Shown here: piece after piece, positions 10,876 through 19,742 of the stretch | How positions within the stretch are numbered: the stretch's first letter is position 1 | Layout of the letters: each line of letters starts with the position of its first letter | Assembly: GCA_050252455.1 (NCBI GenBank) | Contig: JBFWKW010000006.1 | Span: 926-64,925, forward strand | Direction: 5' to 3' | Source of the DNA: Campylobacterales bacterium | GTDB lineage: Bacteria > Campylobacterota > Campylobacteria > Campylobacterales > UBA6016 | Length of the DNA stretch: 64,000 nucleotides | Made by a program: the position numbers and the translations under genes | The notes under the pieces: generated by a model | The model's input: the letters and a program-made list of their open reading frames with translations, nothing else | What the model was told of the DNA's origin: nothing | The model's database searches: none

Positions 10876-11612
10876 GCAAAACTCCTCTCGGCAACTATAG
10901 CAAGCGTAGTTCCAAACACTATACCGAAAGATAAAAACATAGCACGCAAACCTCTTGCGGCACCGTTGAGATAATGCCCTTTTAGCATATCTTCAAAGGT
11001 ATTGATAAGCTGAATTCCCGGAATCAAAAAGAATGTAGAGGCGGCTTGTGCAAAGCCTAGCTCTTCAACGCCAAAAGCCCTAGAAAACAAGTAGGCGCCC
11101 ATGGTAGCCAAAAACGCGCAAACGAGATTTACGAACATCATAGATACACCCAGTCTAACAATTCTGGATTTTACGATAAATGCAAAATACGCCGCCAAAA
11201 ATACGGCAAGCGCACCGTATATATCACATCCAAGCAACATTCCAAAAGCGGCGCAGCCGACAGGAACGGCAAAATATGACAAGCTCTCAAAAGGCGGGGC
11301 TTTTTGTAAAACAGAGGCTTTAAAGTCTGAAAATTCAGAGGTAGGCCTTGACGCATATTGAGTTATCATTGATAATCTCTCAAAATTTGGAGTTACGTCG
11401 TCAATATGCTTCATTTTTGTATGAAAACCGCCCTGATGGCTCAGAGTCACCAATACAGACTTTGGAAGAACCAATATCCCGACATTTTCAAACCCCTTGG
11501 CGCAAAGAAACGAAAGCATTGCTTCTTCTACCGATGAACTATCGGCACCGGATTCCATCATCTCCTTGCCTATCCAAAGCGCAGCGTCGGCTATCTCTGC
11601 TATACGAGTCAC
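10863..11612 (-). CDS. threonine/serine exporter family protein, large subunit (ThrE/DUF1212)
   Basis: 249 aa. Soluble N-terminal half followed by a TM-rich C-terminal half, paired with the DUF3815 gene. Confidence 0.7.
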   Translation of the reverse strand: MTRIAEIADAALWIGKEMMESGADSSSVEEAMLSFLCAKGFENVGILVLPKSVLVTLSHQGGFHTKMKHIDDVTPNFERLSMITQYASRPTSEFSDFKASVLQKAPPFESLSYFAVPVGCAAFGMLLGCDIYGALAVFLAAYFAFIVKSRIVRLGVSMMFVNLVCAFLATMGAYLFSRAFGVEELGFAQAASTFFLIPGIQLINTFEDMLKGHYLNGAARGLRAMFLSFGIVFGTTLAIVAERSFAWIF

Positions 11613-13552
11613 CCTTCAAATCCCTCTATCTTCTCTTCAATCTCAAAAAAACGCTCCATTTTAGCCTCCAATGCAGCCTCTGCCTCTTCAAGCTCAACTG
11701 AGAGCTTACTTATCCCCTCTTTTTGGTAAATCTCAGGGTCGCCGAGGGCGTTTGTAAGCCTCTTTATCTCGGCCTCCAAAGCCTCTATCTCTTTTGGCAA
11801 ACTCTCGTATTCTAGCTTCTCTTTGTAGCTAAGTTTCTTTGATTCTTTTTTTGGCTTTTCATCTTTTGGCTTTGACTCCGGTGCAGACGCTGCACTCTCC
11901 ATATCGCCAAGCTCTCTTAACTCTCTTTCTATCTCCAGATACTCGCTATACCCTTGATAGCTCTCCTCTATCCGCCCGTTCCCCTCGAAAATGAGGAGCT
12001 TATTTGCAAGCTTATCCACAAAATACCTGTCGTGGCTTACAAAAATGACGCACCCCTCGAAGTTTTGGATGTACTCCTCCAATATATTAATCGTCGGTAT
12101 ATCGAGGTCGTTCGTAGGCTCATCCAGTATCAGACAATCCACTTTTTTGGCAAACAATAAAGCGAGTGCCACACGGCTTTTCTCGCCGCCAGAGAGTATC
12201 CCGACTTTTTTATCCAAAAACTCTTTTGGGAATAGAAAGTTTTTAAGGTAGCCAAACACGTGCATATTTCTGCCTTGCACCTCTACCCTATCACCGCCGT
12301 TTGGACAAAATGTCTCCAAAATATCCTTGCTATCATCAAGCGAAGCCTTGCTTTGGTCAAAATATCCGCTGACAAAATCGCCGACACGCACGCTTCCCTT
12401 GTCTTGCCTTAGTTCACCCCGAAGAAGACGCAAAAGCGTAGACTTGCCGCTACCGTTTGGACCGACTATGGCGATACGGTCTTTTTGGAGAATTCTCGCC
12501 GTGAAGTCTCTAATAATCTCTTTACCGCCGAGTGACAAAGAGACGTTTTCAAGCCAAAACAGCTCTTTTTGACGGTTTTGAGCGCTGCCGCCGTTCCAGT
12601 TTTTCTTCTCCCTCTCCAGCTCCACGCGCATCTTGCGGATAGCAGACGGATTTTTTTTGGCCTGGTCTCTAAGGTCTAGAAGCTTTCTTTTTCGCCCCTC
12701 GTTTCGCTTTCGTCTGGCACTCACGCCTCTTTGATACCAGTTCTCCTCCTGCTTTAGAAGCCTTAGTAGATTCTCATGTTCGGTACGCATATTTTCAAGC
12801 AGTTGCGCCTTGCCTGAGAGATAGTTGGCATACCCGCCGCGAAAACTTCTGAGTTTTGCGTCGTCTATCTCTATACAGCGGGTGGCAATACGGTCTATGA
12901 AGTATCTATCGTGCGAGATAAATATCATCGTATAACCCTCTGATAGTATCAGCTCCTCCAAAAACTCAACCATATACACATCTAGGTGATTCGTCGGCTC
13001 GTCAAGCAGCAGAATATCCGGCTTTTGAAGGAGCAGGCTCGCTAGCGCCACACGCCTCTGTTCGCCGCCTGAGAGCGTAACGGTGCGTTGAGAGCGAAAC
13101 TCATCCAATTTTAGCTGTCTTACTATCCGCTCTATCTTATCCTCAAGATTCCACGCCGAGTGGTGGTCTAGAAACAGTGTCAGCTCTTCGCTTCTTTTGA
13201 GTAGCTCTTTATCGTCGTGATTTTGAGCCAACCGCTCATTCACATTCTCAAACTCTTTTAGGGCGTCAAAAAGCTCGCTTAGGCTTTTTTTGAGCGACTC
13301 TATTACATTGTCTTCGGCGTCAAATCTCGGGTCTTGGGCTAGCATCTTGATTTCGACACCGTTTTGACGGATGATTTTGCCATCATCCGAATCCATCTCG
13401 CCCATGATGATTTTGAGAAGCGTAGATTTGCCGCTACCGTTTTTGCCTAGAAGCGATACCCTCTCCCCTTTTTCTAGGACGAAGTCCACGCCGTCAAGAA
13501 TTTTTTGCGCTTCAAAGCTTTTTTTGAGTCCATTAATGTCTATAAGAGCCAT
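11609..13552 (-). CDS. ABC-F family ATPase (Uup/EttA-like translation factor type, no TMD)
   Basis: 647 aa. Two Walker A motifs (GKNGSGKST, GPNGSGKST), two ABC signatures (LSGGEQ, LSGGEK), an inter-domain linker and a C-terminal K/E coiled coil. Confidence 0.9.
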   Translation of the reverse strand: MALIDINGLKKSFEAQKILDGVDFVLEKGERVSLLGKNGSGKSTLLKIIMGEMDSDDGKIIRQNGVEIKMLAQDPRFDAEDNVIESLKKSLSELFDALKEFENVNERLAQNHDDKELLKRSEELTLFLDHHSAWNLEDKIERIVRQLKLDEFRSQRTVTLSGGEQRRVALASLLLQKPDILLLDEPTNHLDVYMVEFLEELILSEGYTMIFISHDRYFIDRIATRCIEIDDAKLRSFRGGYANYLSGKAQLLENMRTEHENLLRLLKQEENWYQRGVSARRKRNEGRKRKLLDLRDQAKKNPSAIRKMRVELEREKKNWNGGSAQNRQKELFWLENVSLSLGGKEIIRDFTARILQKDRIAIVGPNGSGKSTLLRLLRGELRQDKGSVRVGDFVSGYFDQSKASLDDSKDILETFCPNGGDRVEVQGRNMHVFGYLKNFLFPKEFLDKKVGILSGGEKSRVALALLFAKKVDCLILDEPTNDLDIPTINILEEYIQNFEGCVIFVSHDRYFVDKLANKLLIFEGNGRIEESYQGYSEYLEIERELRELGDMESAASAPESKPKDEKPKKESKKLSYKEKLEYESLPKEIEALEAEIKRLTNALGDPEIYQKEGISKLSVELEEAEAALEAKMERFFEIEEKIEGFEG

Positions 13553-13594
13553 ATTGTTCCGTAAAGTTTTTGCGTAATTATAGCCAGGCAGGGG

Positions 13595-13879
13595 TTAGTT
13601 TGGGACTATGTCCTCTAGCAGTTGTTTTAGGCGGTTGTTTCGTATCTCAATGAGACGGACGATTTCCGGCATATCAAACTCGCCGAAATAGGTCATATCA
13701 AATAGTTTTTGCAGAGGCTGGCGACAACAGGTTTTATCGCACTCGGTGACTAATTTTTTTGCTTTTTTATAAGGCAAATCCGTGCCCTGAAAGATTGAGA
13801 TAGCTTCGCCGATTGTCTTGCCGCTGCATTCGCATATTACGGTCTTGGATAGCTCGTCATCCCAACCTTTCATTGCCAA
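13595..13879 (-). CDS. small Cys-rich protein, possible BFD-like [2Fe-2S]-binding domain (nif-operon associated)
   Basis: 94 aa. The 'CEC ... C..CC' pattern ('VICECSGKT' ... 'ECDKTCCRQP') resembles the BFD-like C-x-C...C-x2-C spacing. It is the last gene of the nifB-nifV transcription unit. Confidence 0.35.
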   Translation of the reverse strand: MAMKGWDDELSKTVICECSGKTIGEAISIFQGTDLPYKKAKKLVTECDKTCCRQPLQKLFDMTYFGEFDMPEIVRLIEIRNNRLKQLLEDIVPN

Positions 13880-13882
13880 TCC

Positions 13883-14065
13883 TTACAGGTTATTTGCCTT
13901 TTTGAACTCATAATACTCGTCGATAGCCTTGATGATTTGCTCACTGAGAGGCCTAAGCTCATTATACTCCGTCCATAGCGTGTCTTCGACTATATCGTGT
14001 ATTTTTGATGCGATTTCGCTCGCCTTTCTCTTCATCGTAGCTAACTCTTTTTTTGTATCTTCCAT
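13883..14065 (-). CDS. small helical nif-associated protein (Rop-like / CCE_0567-type)
   Basis: 60 aa, all-helical. 'KIHDIVEDTL' resembles the 'LHDLAEDLP' core I recall for Rop-like proteins of nif clusters. The call rests on position in the nif operon and a remembered motif. Confidence 0.4.
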   Translation of the reverse strand: MEDTKKELATMKRKASEIASKIHDIVEDTLWTEYNELRPLSEQIIKAIDEYYEFKKANNL

Positions 14066-14100
14066 TGTAACTCCTTCGTTTAAATTTAACTGTTCAAAAA

Positions 14101-14934
14101 CTAGCCCTGTGAGCCTGCACTTGCAAATGAATACACATTTTCATATATCACTTTCAGGTCGTCACCTCTTGCCATCTGCACCGTACGCCCCACTTCCTCA
14201 AAGCCGTATCCTATGAAAAATGAGAGTATCTCGTCTATCTTTGGAGCGTCCACGAATATCTCTTTCATGCCCCGAAAATGCAAAAACTCTCGAAACATCC
14301 GCTCGGCGTCCAGATACGCCCCGCTTCGCACCTCAAAAGGTCCCACAAATGCGGCGCCACCCACCATACGAGAGTGCAAAAAACCGTTTTCGGTAGCAAA
14401 ATATATTGAACTTTTGGACGCTATATCCTCTGATAAAAGAGTGCTTCTATCCTCATGGAAAAATTCAATATCCAGCTTTGGCGCAATGACGGGCAGACTC
14501 TTTTGCTCCGTCTCCCCAAATGCACTAAACGCACGGCTCGAGAGCTCTTTTTTGCTTTTTAGCCTTATCACCTCTATGCACTCTTTGAAACCGTAGCTTT
14601 TGTAAAACTTTTTGAGCAAAGGATTTGCATTGAGATAGACGACACCCCTGTCTTTTACCTCTTTTAGCGCCGCCTCAAACAGTCTCTTGCCGTAACCTTT
14701 TTTACGAAACTTTGGAAAAATCAAAAAATTACCTATCCAGACGGACTTTTCATGCTCATAAGTCGTGATGCCGCCCGCAAGCTGGCCGTCAATAAGAAGC
14801 GCAAAACAGCCGGTCGGAAACCGCTCAATAGTTCGAAGAAGCTCAAACTCATCTATGAGCCACCCTTCCTTAATAGCCTCCGCTACAAACGGCGCCACCA
14901 AATCCGAACGAAACCATACGATTTTTACGCACAA
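14101..14934 (-). CDS. GNAT-family N-acetyltransferase with C-terminal extension
   Basis: 277 aa. Acetyl-CoA motif A 'FRKKGYGKRLFEAAL' (R-x-x-G-x-G). Overlaps the nifV stop by 10 nt. Confidence 0.7.
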   Translation of the reverse strand: MCVKIVWFRSDLVAPFVAEAIKEGWLIDEFELLRTIERFPTGCFALLIDGQLAGGITTYEHEKSVWIGNFLIFPKFRKKGYGKRLFEAALKEVKDRGVVYLNANPLLKKFYKSYGFKECIEVIRLKSKKELSSRAFSAFGETEQKSLPVIAPKLDIEFFHEDRSTLLSEDIASKSSIYFATENGFLHSRMVGGAAFVGPFEVRSGAYLDAERMFREFLHFRGMKEIFVDAPKIDEILSFFIGYGFEEVGRTVQMARGDDLKVIYENVYSFASAGSQG

Positions 14935-16043
14935 CTTGAAGCCTTTTCAAATATAGCTTTTAACTCTTTTGCGCTCAACGTTTTTTTGTCCCTCTCGGCA
15001 ATCAGACGCACCTCATCAAGCACCACGCCGAGCTCCTCTTTTTTTGCCTCTACGCCCACGCTTTCAAGGCGGTGTTTTATCGAGTCTCTGCCGGTGTGTT
15101 TGCCTATCGGGTAAGCTCTTTTGCCACCCACGGCTTTTGGAGAGAACGGTTCATATGAGGCTGAGTTTTTTAAGACCCCGCTTGCGTGTATGCCGCTCTC
15201 GTGGGCAAACAGCCTTTTGCCGATGACAGGGGCATTGACTGCGATAGATATGCCGCTTGCTTTTGCAACCTTGGATGTTAGCGCCTTGAGGGCAGCGCTA
15301 TCCATATCTCTTTGTTCACCTATTTGATATATGAGACTCATCATTACCTGCTCAAAACTTGCATTTCCGGCTCTCTCGCCGATGCCTAGCGTAGTCGTAT
15401 TGACGCTTGTCGCCCCTGCCTCGACTCCGGCGATAGCGTTTGCGGTTGCCATCCCAAAATCGTTATGAGTGTGCATCTCGATAGACAGACCGCATCCTGT
15501 AATAGAGCTAACAATTTTGTAAGTTTGTGTCGGGGTTAGTATCCCAACCGTATCGCAAAAACGAAATCTATCAGCACCGAGCGAGGCTACAAACCCTATA
15601 AGCTCTTTTAGAAACGTCTCATCCGCACGGCTCGCATCCTCCGCCCCTATGCAGACAAACAAACCCTCTTTTTTGGCCAGTGTTACGGAGCGCTCCAGAT
15701 TTGCGAATATCTTATCTTTTGAGAGGTTTTTGACTCCCATCAAAATTTCACTAGTCGGAATGGATAAATCAACCGCCCTTAGCCCGCAAGAGAGGGCATC
15801 GGATAGGTCAGACTCCATCGCTCTACACCACCCCATCTCTCTTACGCCAAGGTCAAGAGAGAGTATCTCTTTTATCGCCTCGCGCTCTTTTGTACCCATT
15901 GCGGGAATGCCGATTTCAAGCTCATCCGCTCCCGCTTCCACAAGCAGCTTTGCGATTTCTAGTTTCTCTTTTAGGCTAAAAGCCACATATGGCGCTTGTT
16001 CACCGTCTCTTAGTGTGGTATCATTAATCAGGATGCGACTCAT
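14925..16043 (-). CDS. nifV: homocitrate synthase
   Basis: 'INDTTLRDGEQ', 'ELEIGIPAMG', 'HTHNDFGMATAN' blocks. I prefer the ATG at 16043, which is preceded by a strong AAGGAGG SD, over the track start at 16079. Confidence 0.85.
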   Translation of the reverse strand: MSRILINDTTLRDGEQAPYVAFSLKEKLEIAKLLVEAGADELEIGIPAMGTKEREAIKEILSLDLGVREMGWCRAMESDLSDALSCGLRAVDLSIPTSEILMGVKNLSKDKIFANLERSVTLAKKEGLFVCIGAEDASRADETFLKELIGFVASLGADRFRFCDTVGILTPTQTYKIVSSITGCGLSIEMHTHNDFGMATANAIAGVEAGATSVNTTTLGIGERAGNASFEQVMMSLIYQIGEQRDMDSAALKALTSKVAKASGISIAVNAPVIGKRLFAHESGIHASGVLKNSASYEPFSPKAVGGKRAYPIGKHTGRDSIKHRLESVGVEAKKEELGVVLDEVRLIAERDKKTLSAKELKAIFEKASSCA

Positions 16044-16059
16044 GGCGTCCTCCTTATGG

Positions 16060-17469
16060 TTACCCTTCTTCGGACTCAAATCCGAAATACTCTTTTGCCG
16101 CCGACATTACCGCCTCTGCGATAGGCAGTTTGGCGTATTTTTCTATACTTACCACGCCCACATCTTTTAGCGTATCTTGCGGACAGCCGCCTATTTTTGC
16201 GGTCAAAAGTAGCTTCACATCATGCAAAGCCGCCTTGATGTCATCCATCGGATTTTCGCAAGAGTCAGGCCCTGCACAGTATCCCGCACCTACGGAGCGC
16301 TTAGTGAGAAATCTAAAGCCCATATCCCCCGCTTCGTAGATTAGAAACTCTTTTACCGTTCCGAAGTGCTCATTGACACTCTCCATGTCGCTCGATGTTA
16401 CAGCCATCATTACGGTCTCGCCTATTGAGGATAACATTTTTCTCTCACTCTCTGCTCTTTCGTTTGCCTCTTTGAGGATTAGCCTAAAGCCCTCGATTTT
16501 GTCTTTCTCTTTTTTGCGCCCTTCGATGTCATACAATGCAACAAGCTCATCCACACTCTTGTCGCCGAAACTCTCTGGAGTAAACTCGGCGCTTCTATCC
16601 TCACCCAGTATCCCTATCGCATCGGCACGGCACTGTTTGCAGTGAGTCATCAGACTCATATCCATCCCGCATGCCTCTTGAGCTTTTGCTAGCTGTTCTT
16701 CCGTCGCCGAGGGAACGCCGTTTAGTCCATAGTATGTGCCAAACTCAGGCTCCGAGAGAAGCGGCATGATATTGTGAAGAAATACACCCATCTCTTTTAG
16801 TTTTTTGGAGACATTTGGCAAGTCATCTTCGTTTACACCCGGTATTAGCACGGAGTTTGCCTTGATAAGGATGCCTGCTTCTACGCATTTTTTGATACCT
16901 TCGAGCTGTTTTGATAGCAGCAACGCCGCCGCCTCTTCACCTTTGTATCTTTTGCCCTCAAAGTACACCCACGGATAAATCTGAGCGCCCACTTTCGGGT
17001 CTATCGTGTTGATAGTTACAGTTATGTGATCTACGCCCGCCTCTTTTATCTGTTCCACAAACTCAGGCAGCTTAAGACCGTTCGTAGATAAGCAAAGCTT
17101 CAAATCAGGTGCATACTCTCGCACAAGAGCTAGCGTCTCAAACGTTTTTTGCGGATTTGCCAGAGCGTCACCCGGACCCGCTATACCGACGACTGAGAGA
17201 TTTTTGATTTCACTTCCGACAAGTAGCACTTTTTTGAGTGCGTCAAGCGGCTTTAGCTTTTGGCTAGTAACGCCCGGTCTTGACTCATTGGAGCAGTCAA
17301 ACTTTCTATTGCAGTAGTTGCACTGTATGTTACAGGCAGGAGCGACAGGCAAGTGGATTCTTGCATAAGAGTAGTGCGCATCCTTACTATAACACGGGTG
17401 GTCGTTTATCATTGAAAGTGTTTTTTCATCTATTGTCGGCGTAGTAGTACCTGAACATCCGCAGCTCAT
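16060..17469 (-). CDS. nifB: FeMo-cofactor biosynthesis radical SAM protein NifB (with C-terminal NifX-like domain)
   Basis: 469 aa. 'HPCYS', 'ARIHLPVAPACNIQCNYCNRKFDC' (CxxxCxxC) and 'TVTIN' blocks. C-terminal about 100 aa match the NifX/NafY-type domain. Confidence 0.9.
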   Translation of the reverse strand: MSCGCSGTTTPTIDEKTLSMINDHPCYSKDAHYSYARIHLPVAPACNIQCNYCNRKFDCSNESRPGVTSQKLKPLDALKKVLLVGSEIKNLSVVGIAGPGDALANPQKTFETLALVREYAPDLKLCLSTNGLKLPEFVEQIKEAGVDHITVTINTIDPKVGAQIYPWVYFEGKRYKGEEAAALLLSKQLEGIKKCVEAGILIKANSVLIPGVNEDDLPNVSKKLKEMGVFLHNIMPLLSEPEFGTYYGLNGVPSATEEQLAKAQEACGMDMSLMTHCKQCRADAIGILGEDRSAEFTPESFGDKSVDELVALYDIEGRKKEKDKIEGFRLILKEANERAESERKMLSSIGETVMMAVTSSDMESVNEHFGTVKEFLIYEAGDMGFRFLTKRSVGAGYCAGPDSCENPMDDIKAALHDVKLLLTAKIGGCPQDTLKDVGVVSIEKYAKLPIAEAVMSAAKEYFGFESEEG

Positions 17470-17501
17470 CTCGGACTCCTTTAAAATAGCTTTGAAAAAG
17501 T

Positions 17502-17548
17502 ATTTGCATTTGGTGTTCCGTAGCTTTTACGGAATCCAATATGCAAAT
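17502..17548. promoter_or_regulatory. imperfect 21-bp inverted repeat (candidate operator) in the nifB / fdx divergent intergenic region
   Basis: Arms ATTTGCATTTGGTGTTCCGTA (17502-17522) and TACGGAATCCAATATGCAAAT (17528-17548). 17 of 21 positions are complementary with a 5-nt spacer, centred between two divergent start codons. Confidence 0.35.
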
Positions 17549-17581
17549 TAAGTAAAGCACAAACCAACCAAGGAGATTACA

Positions 17582-17782
17582 ATGGCAGTATTTATCAATG
17601 AAGAGTGCATCAACTGTGCAGCCTGTGCCGACGAGTGCCCAAACGGAGCAATAGTAGACAATGACAAAAACCCTAGCGGTGCTGATATATTTTTCGTACT
17701 AGAAAACAAATGTACAGAGTGCGACGGTGGCGAATTAGCCTGTGTTTCCGTATGCCCAAGCGATGCTATCCATAAAAGATAG
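17582..17782 (+). CDS. 2x[4Fe-4S] ferredoxin (FdxN-like)
   Basis: 66 aa. 'CINCAACADECP' plus a second cluster with extended spacing, 'CTEC...ACVSVCP'. AAGGAG RBS upstream. Confidence 0.85.
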   Translation: MAVFINEECINCAACADECPNGAIVDNDKNPSGADIFFVLENKCTECDGGELACVSVCPSDAIHKR

Positions 17783-17831
17783 TTGAAAGCTATTTGACTC
17801 TACAATCCGGATAAAAAACGGAGAATAAAAT

Positions 17832-18224
17832 ATGAGAATAGCAATACCGGTACACAACGAAAGTCTAAAAATATTCAAAAATGCAGGGCATACACCGTTT
17901 TTTGCGGTTTATGAGCTGGCAGGCGGCGGAATGTTCAAAAGCTTCAAGCTAGTAGAGCTTAGAGCGAACCCGAGAATCAACGCCGACCATGAGCATGAAT
18001 GTGAAGACGCTCACGGCAAATGCCACCACGAAGGCGATGCCGAAGAGCACAAAAACGACCATAGAATAATGGCTGAAATCGTAAAAGATTGCGAAATACT
18101 AGGTGTCGACAAGGCTTGCAAAAATACAAAAATAGTATTTGAAGAGGCCGGCATAAAAGTCATAGCCACTCACGGATGTGAAAAAGCGGACGATATGCTA
18201 AGAGAGGTATCAAAAAAAATCTAG
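17832..18224 (+). CDS. NifX/NafY/NifB-C family (dinitrogenase FeMo-cofactor-binding domain) protein with His/Cys/acidic insert
   Basis: 130 aa. The 'MRIAIPV' start, 'GHTPFFAVYE' and C-terminal 'AGIKVI' are typical of PF02579-type proteins. An insert 'ADHEHECEDAHGKCHHEGDAEEHKNDH' interrupts the domain. Confidence 0.7.
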   Translation: MRIAIPVHNESLKIFKNAGHTPFFAVYELAGGGMFKSFKLVELRANPRINADHEHECEDAHGKCHHEGDAEEHKNDHRIMAEIVKDCEILGVDKACKNTKIVFEEAGIKVIATHGCEKADDMLREVSKKI

Positions 18225-18234
18225 GAGTCTTGTC

Positions 18235-19434
18235 ATGGACGAGCTACAAGTCTGTTCCTTTTGCGGTAAAAGCCGCCAAGAGGTCAAAAAAATGTTCTCC
18301 GTCGAAAATATCGCTATTTGCAACGAGTGCATAGAGACTTGCCATGCCGTCCTAGACAAAGACAGACTCAAAGAGGAAAAAGCAATATTTCAAAAGGGGC
18401 TTCCAAAGCCTGCCGAAATAGTCAAATTCCTAGACAACTACTGCATCGGCCAAGAAAAAGCCAAAATGACGCTAGCCGTCGCCCTATACAATCACTACAA
18501 ACGGATAGAAAAGCCAATCCATAGAGGCGTGGAAATAGAAAAAAGCAATATTCTGCTCATAGGTCCTACCGGAAGCGGCAAAACACTGCTCGCAAAGAGC
18601 CTAGCTCGTATCATGAACGTCCCTTTTGCCGTGGCAGACGCAACCGCACTGACGGAGGCTGGATATGTCGGTGAGGATGTGGAGAGCATACTATCAAGGC
18701 TACTTGCCGCTGCGAATTTTGATTTGGAGCTTGCAAAACGAGGTATCGTCTACATCGACGAAATAGACAAAATAGCTCGCAAATCAGAGAGCGCAATCAG
18801 CGGTAGAGATGTCTCAGGCGAGGGCGTACAACAAGGTCTTCTCAAAATCTTAGAGGGCGCCGAGGTATATGTGCCGGTCAAAGGAAGTCGCAAGAACTCT
18901 ACTACCGAGACCGTGCTGTTTGATACGACACATGTGTTATTCGTGTGCGGTGGGGCATTTGTAGGCTTGCGAGGTGAAGAGGTAAAAAAAGATATTAAAA
19001 TGGGATTTGTCTCAAAAGACGATGAGCTAAAAACAGACGATATAGAGCCAAAAGAGATAATCAAATACGGCATGATACCTGAATTTATCGGACGTCTACC
19101 GGTGATAGCCGAACTACAAGCACTAAGCGTCGAAGACCTGGTCAAAATTCTCAAAGAGCCGAAAAACGCCCTCATCAAGCAGTATAAAGCACTTTTTGAG
19201 TTTGACGGCGTGGAGCTAGAATTTACGGATGAGGCGATAGAAGAGATAGCCAAAAAAGCTTATGATAGCAAGGTTGGCGCCAGAGGACTACGAGGAATCA
19301 TTGAGAAGCTAATGCTGCCATTGGAGTATGAAGCTCCCTCAGATGAAAGTCTGGAGAAAATCATCATCACAAAAGAGTTTATAGAGGGTGAAAAGCCGAT
19401 ATTTGTAAGAAAATCGGATACGATGGAAGGCTAA
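18235..19434 (+). CDS. clpX: ATP-dependent Clp protease ATP-binding subunit ClpX
   Basis: 399 aa. C4 zinc-binding N-domain (CSFCGK...CNEC), Walker A 'GPTGSGKT', Walker B 'IVYIDEIDK', 'EFIGRLP' and 'GARGLR' sensor blocks. Confidence 0.93.
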   Translation: MDELQVCSFCGKSRQEVKKMFSVENIAICNECIETCHAVLDKDRLKEEKAIFQKGLPKPAEIVKFLDNYCIGQEKAKMTLAVALYNHYKRIEKPIHRGVEIEKSNILLIGPTGSGKTLLAKSLARIMNVPFAVADATALTEAGYVGEDVESILSRLLAAANFDLELAKRGIVYIDEIDKIARKSESAISGRDVSGEGVQQGLLKILEGAEVYVPVKGSRKNSTTETVLFDTTHVLFVCGGAFVGLRGEEVKKDIKMGFVSKDDELKTDDIEPKEIIKYGMIPEFIGRLPVIAELQALSVEDLVKILKEPKNALIKQYKALFEFDGVELEFTDEAIEEIAKKAYDSKVGARGLRGIIEKLMLPLEYEAPSDESLEKIIITKEFIEGEKPIFVRKSDTMEG

Positions 19435-19742
19435 TTGATGGTTTGGGCGTCTATCCACGTTGCAAATTTATCACTTACTCCATCGGCATTTATAGAAACT
19501 ATCGCCGGATTTTCATAAGAGTGTAATAGCAAAATTTCATCCCTAATTTGCTCAAATAATTCATGTCTACTTTTTAGTATAGCCACAACTTCGCCCTCTT
19601 CGCAAAGCTCTCCATTCCACTCATACATAGAAGTCACATTATCGAATATATTTGCGCAGGCTATCAATTTTTTATCAAGCAACACCTTTGCTATTTTCAT
19701 TGCCTCTGCTTTGTCTTTTGCCGTCATATATACCAAAATCAC
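19431..19742 (-). CDS. cutA: divalent-cation tolerance protein CutA
   Basis: 103 aa. 'KLIACANI' and 'YEWNGE' blocks typical of CutA1. Confidence 0.85.
   Translation of the reverse strand: MILVYMTAKDKAEAMKIAKVLLDKKLIACANIFDNVTSMYEWNGELCEEGEVVAILKSRHELFEQIRDEILLLHSYENPAIVSINADGVSDKFATWIDAQTIN

Noticed and set aside
16044-16079. Longer nifV start (track ATG at 16079) overlapping nifB by 20 nt.
   Set aside because: The internal ATG at 16043 is preceded by a near-perfect AAGGAGG Shine-Dalgarno sequence and gives the usual NifV N-terminus.
17470-17581. Sigma-54 (-24/-12) promoter or NifA UAS in the nifB/fdx intergenic region.
   Set aside because: The best candidate, TGGTGTTCCGTAGC, has GG-to-GC spacing one nucleotide short of the consensus, and no TGT-N10-ACA is present. 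I cannot support the call by eye.
18750-19253. 167-aa minus-strand ORF inside clpX.
   Set aside because: It is antisense to an unambiguous ClpX sequence, with a Ser-rich low-complexity translation.
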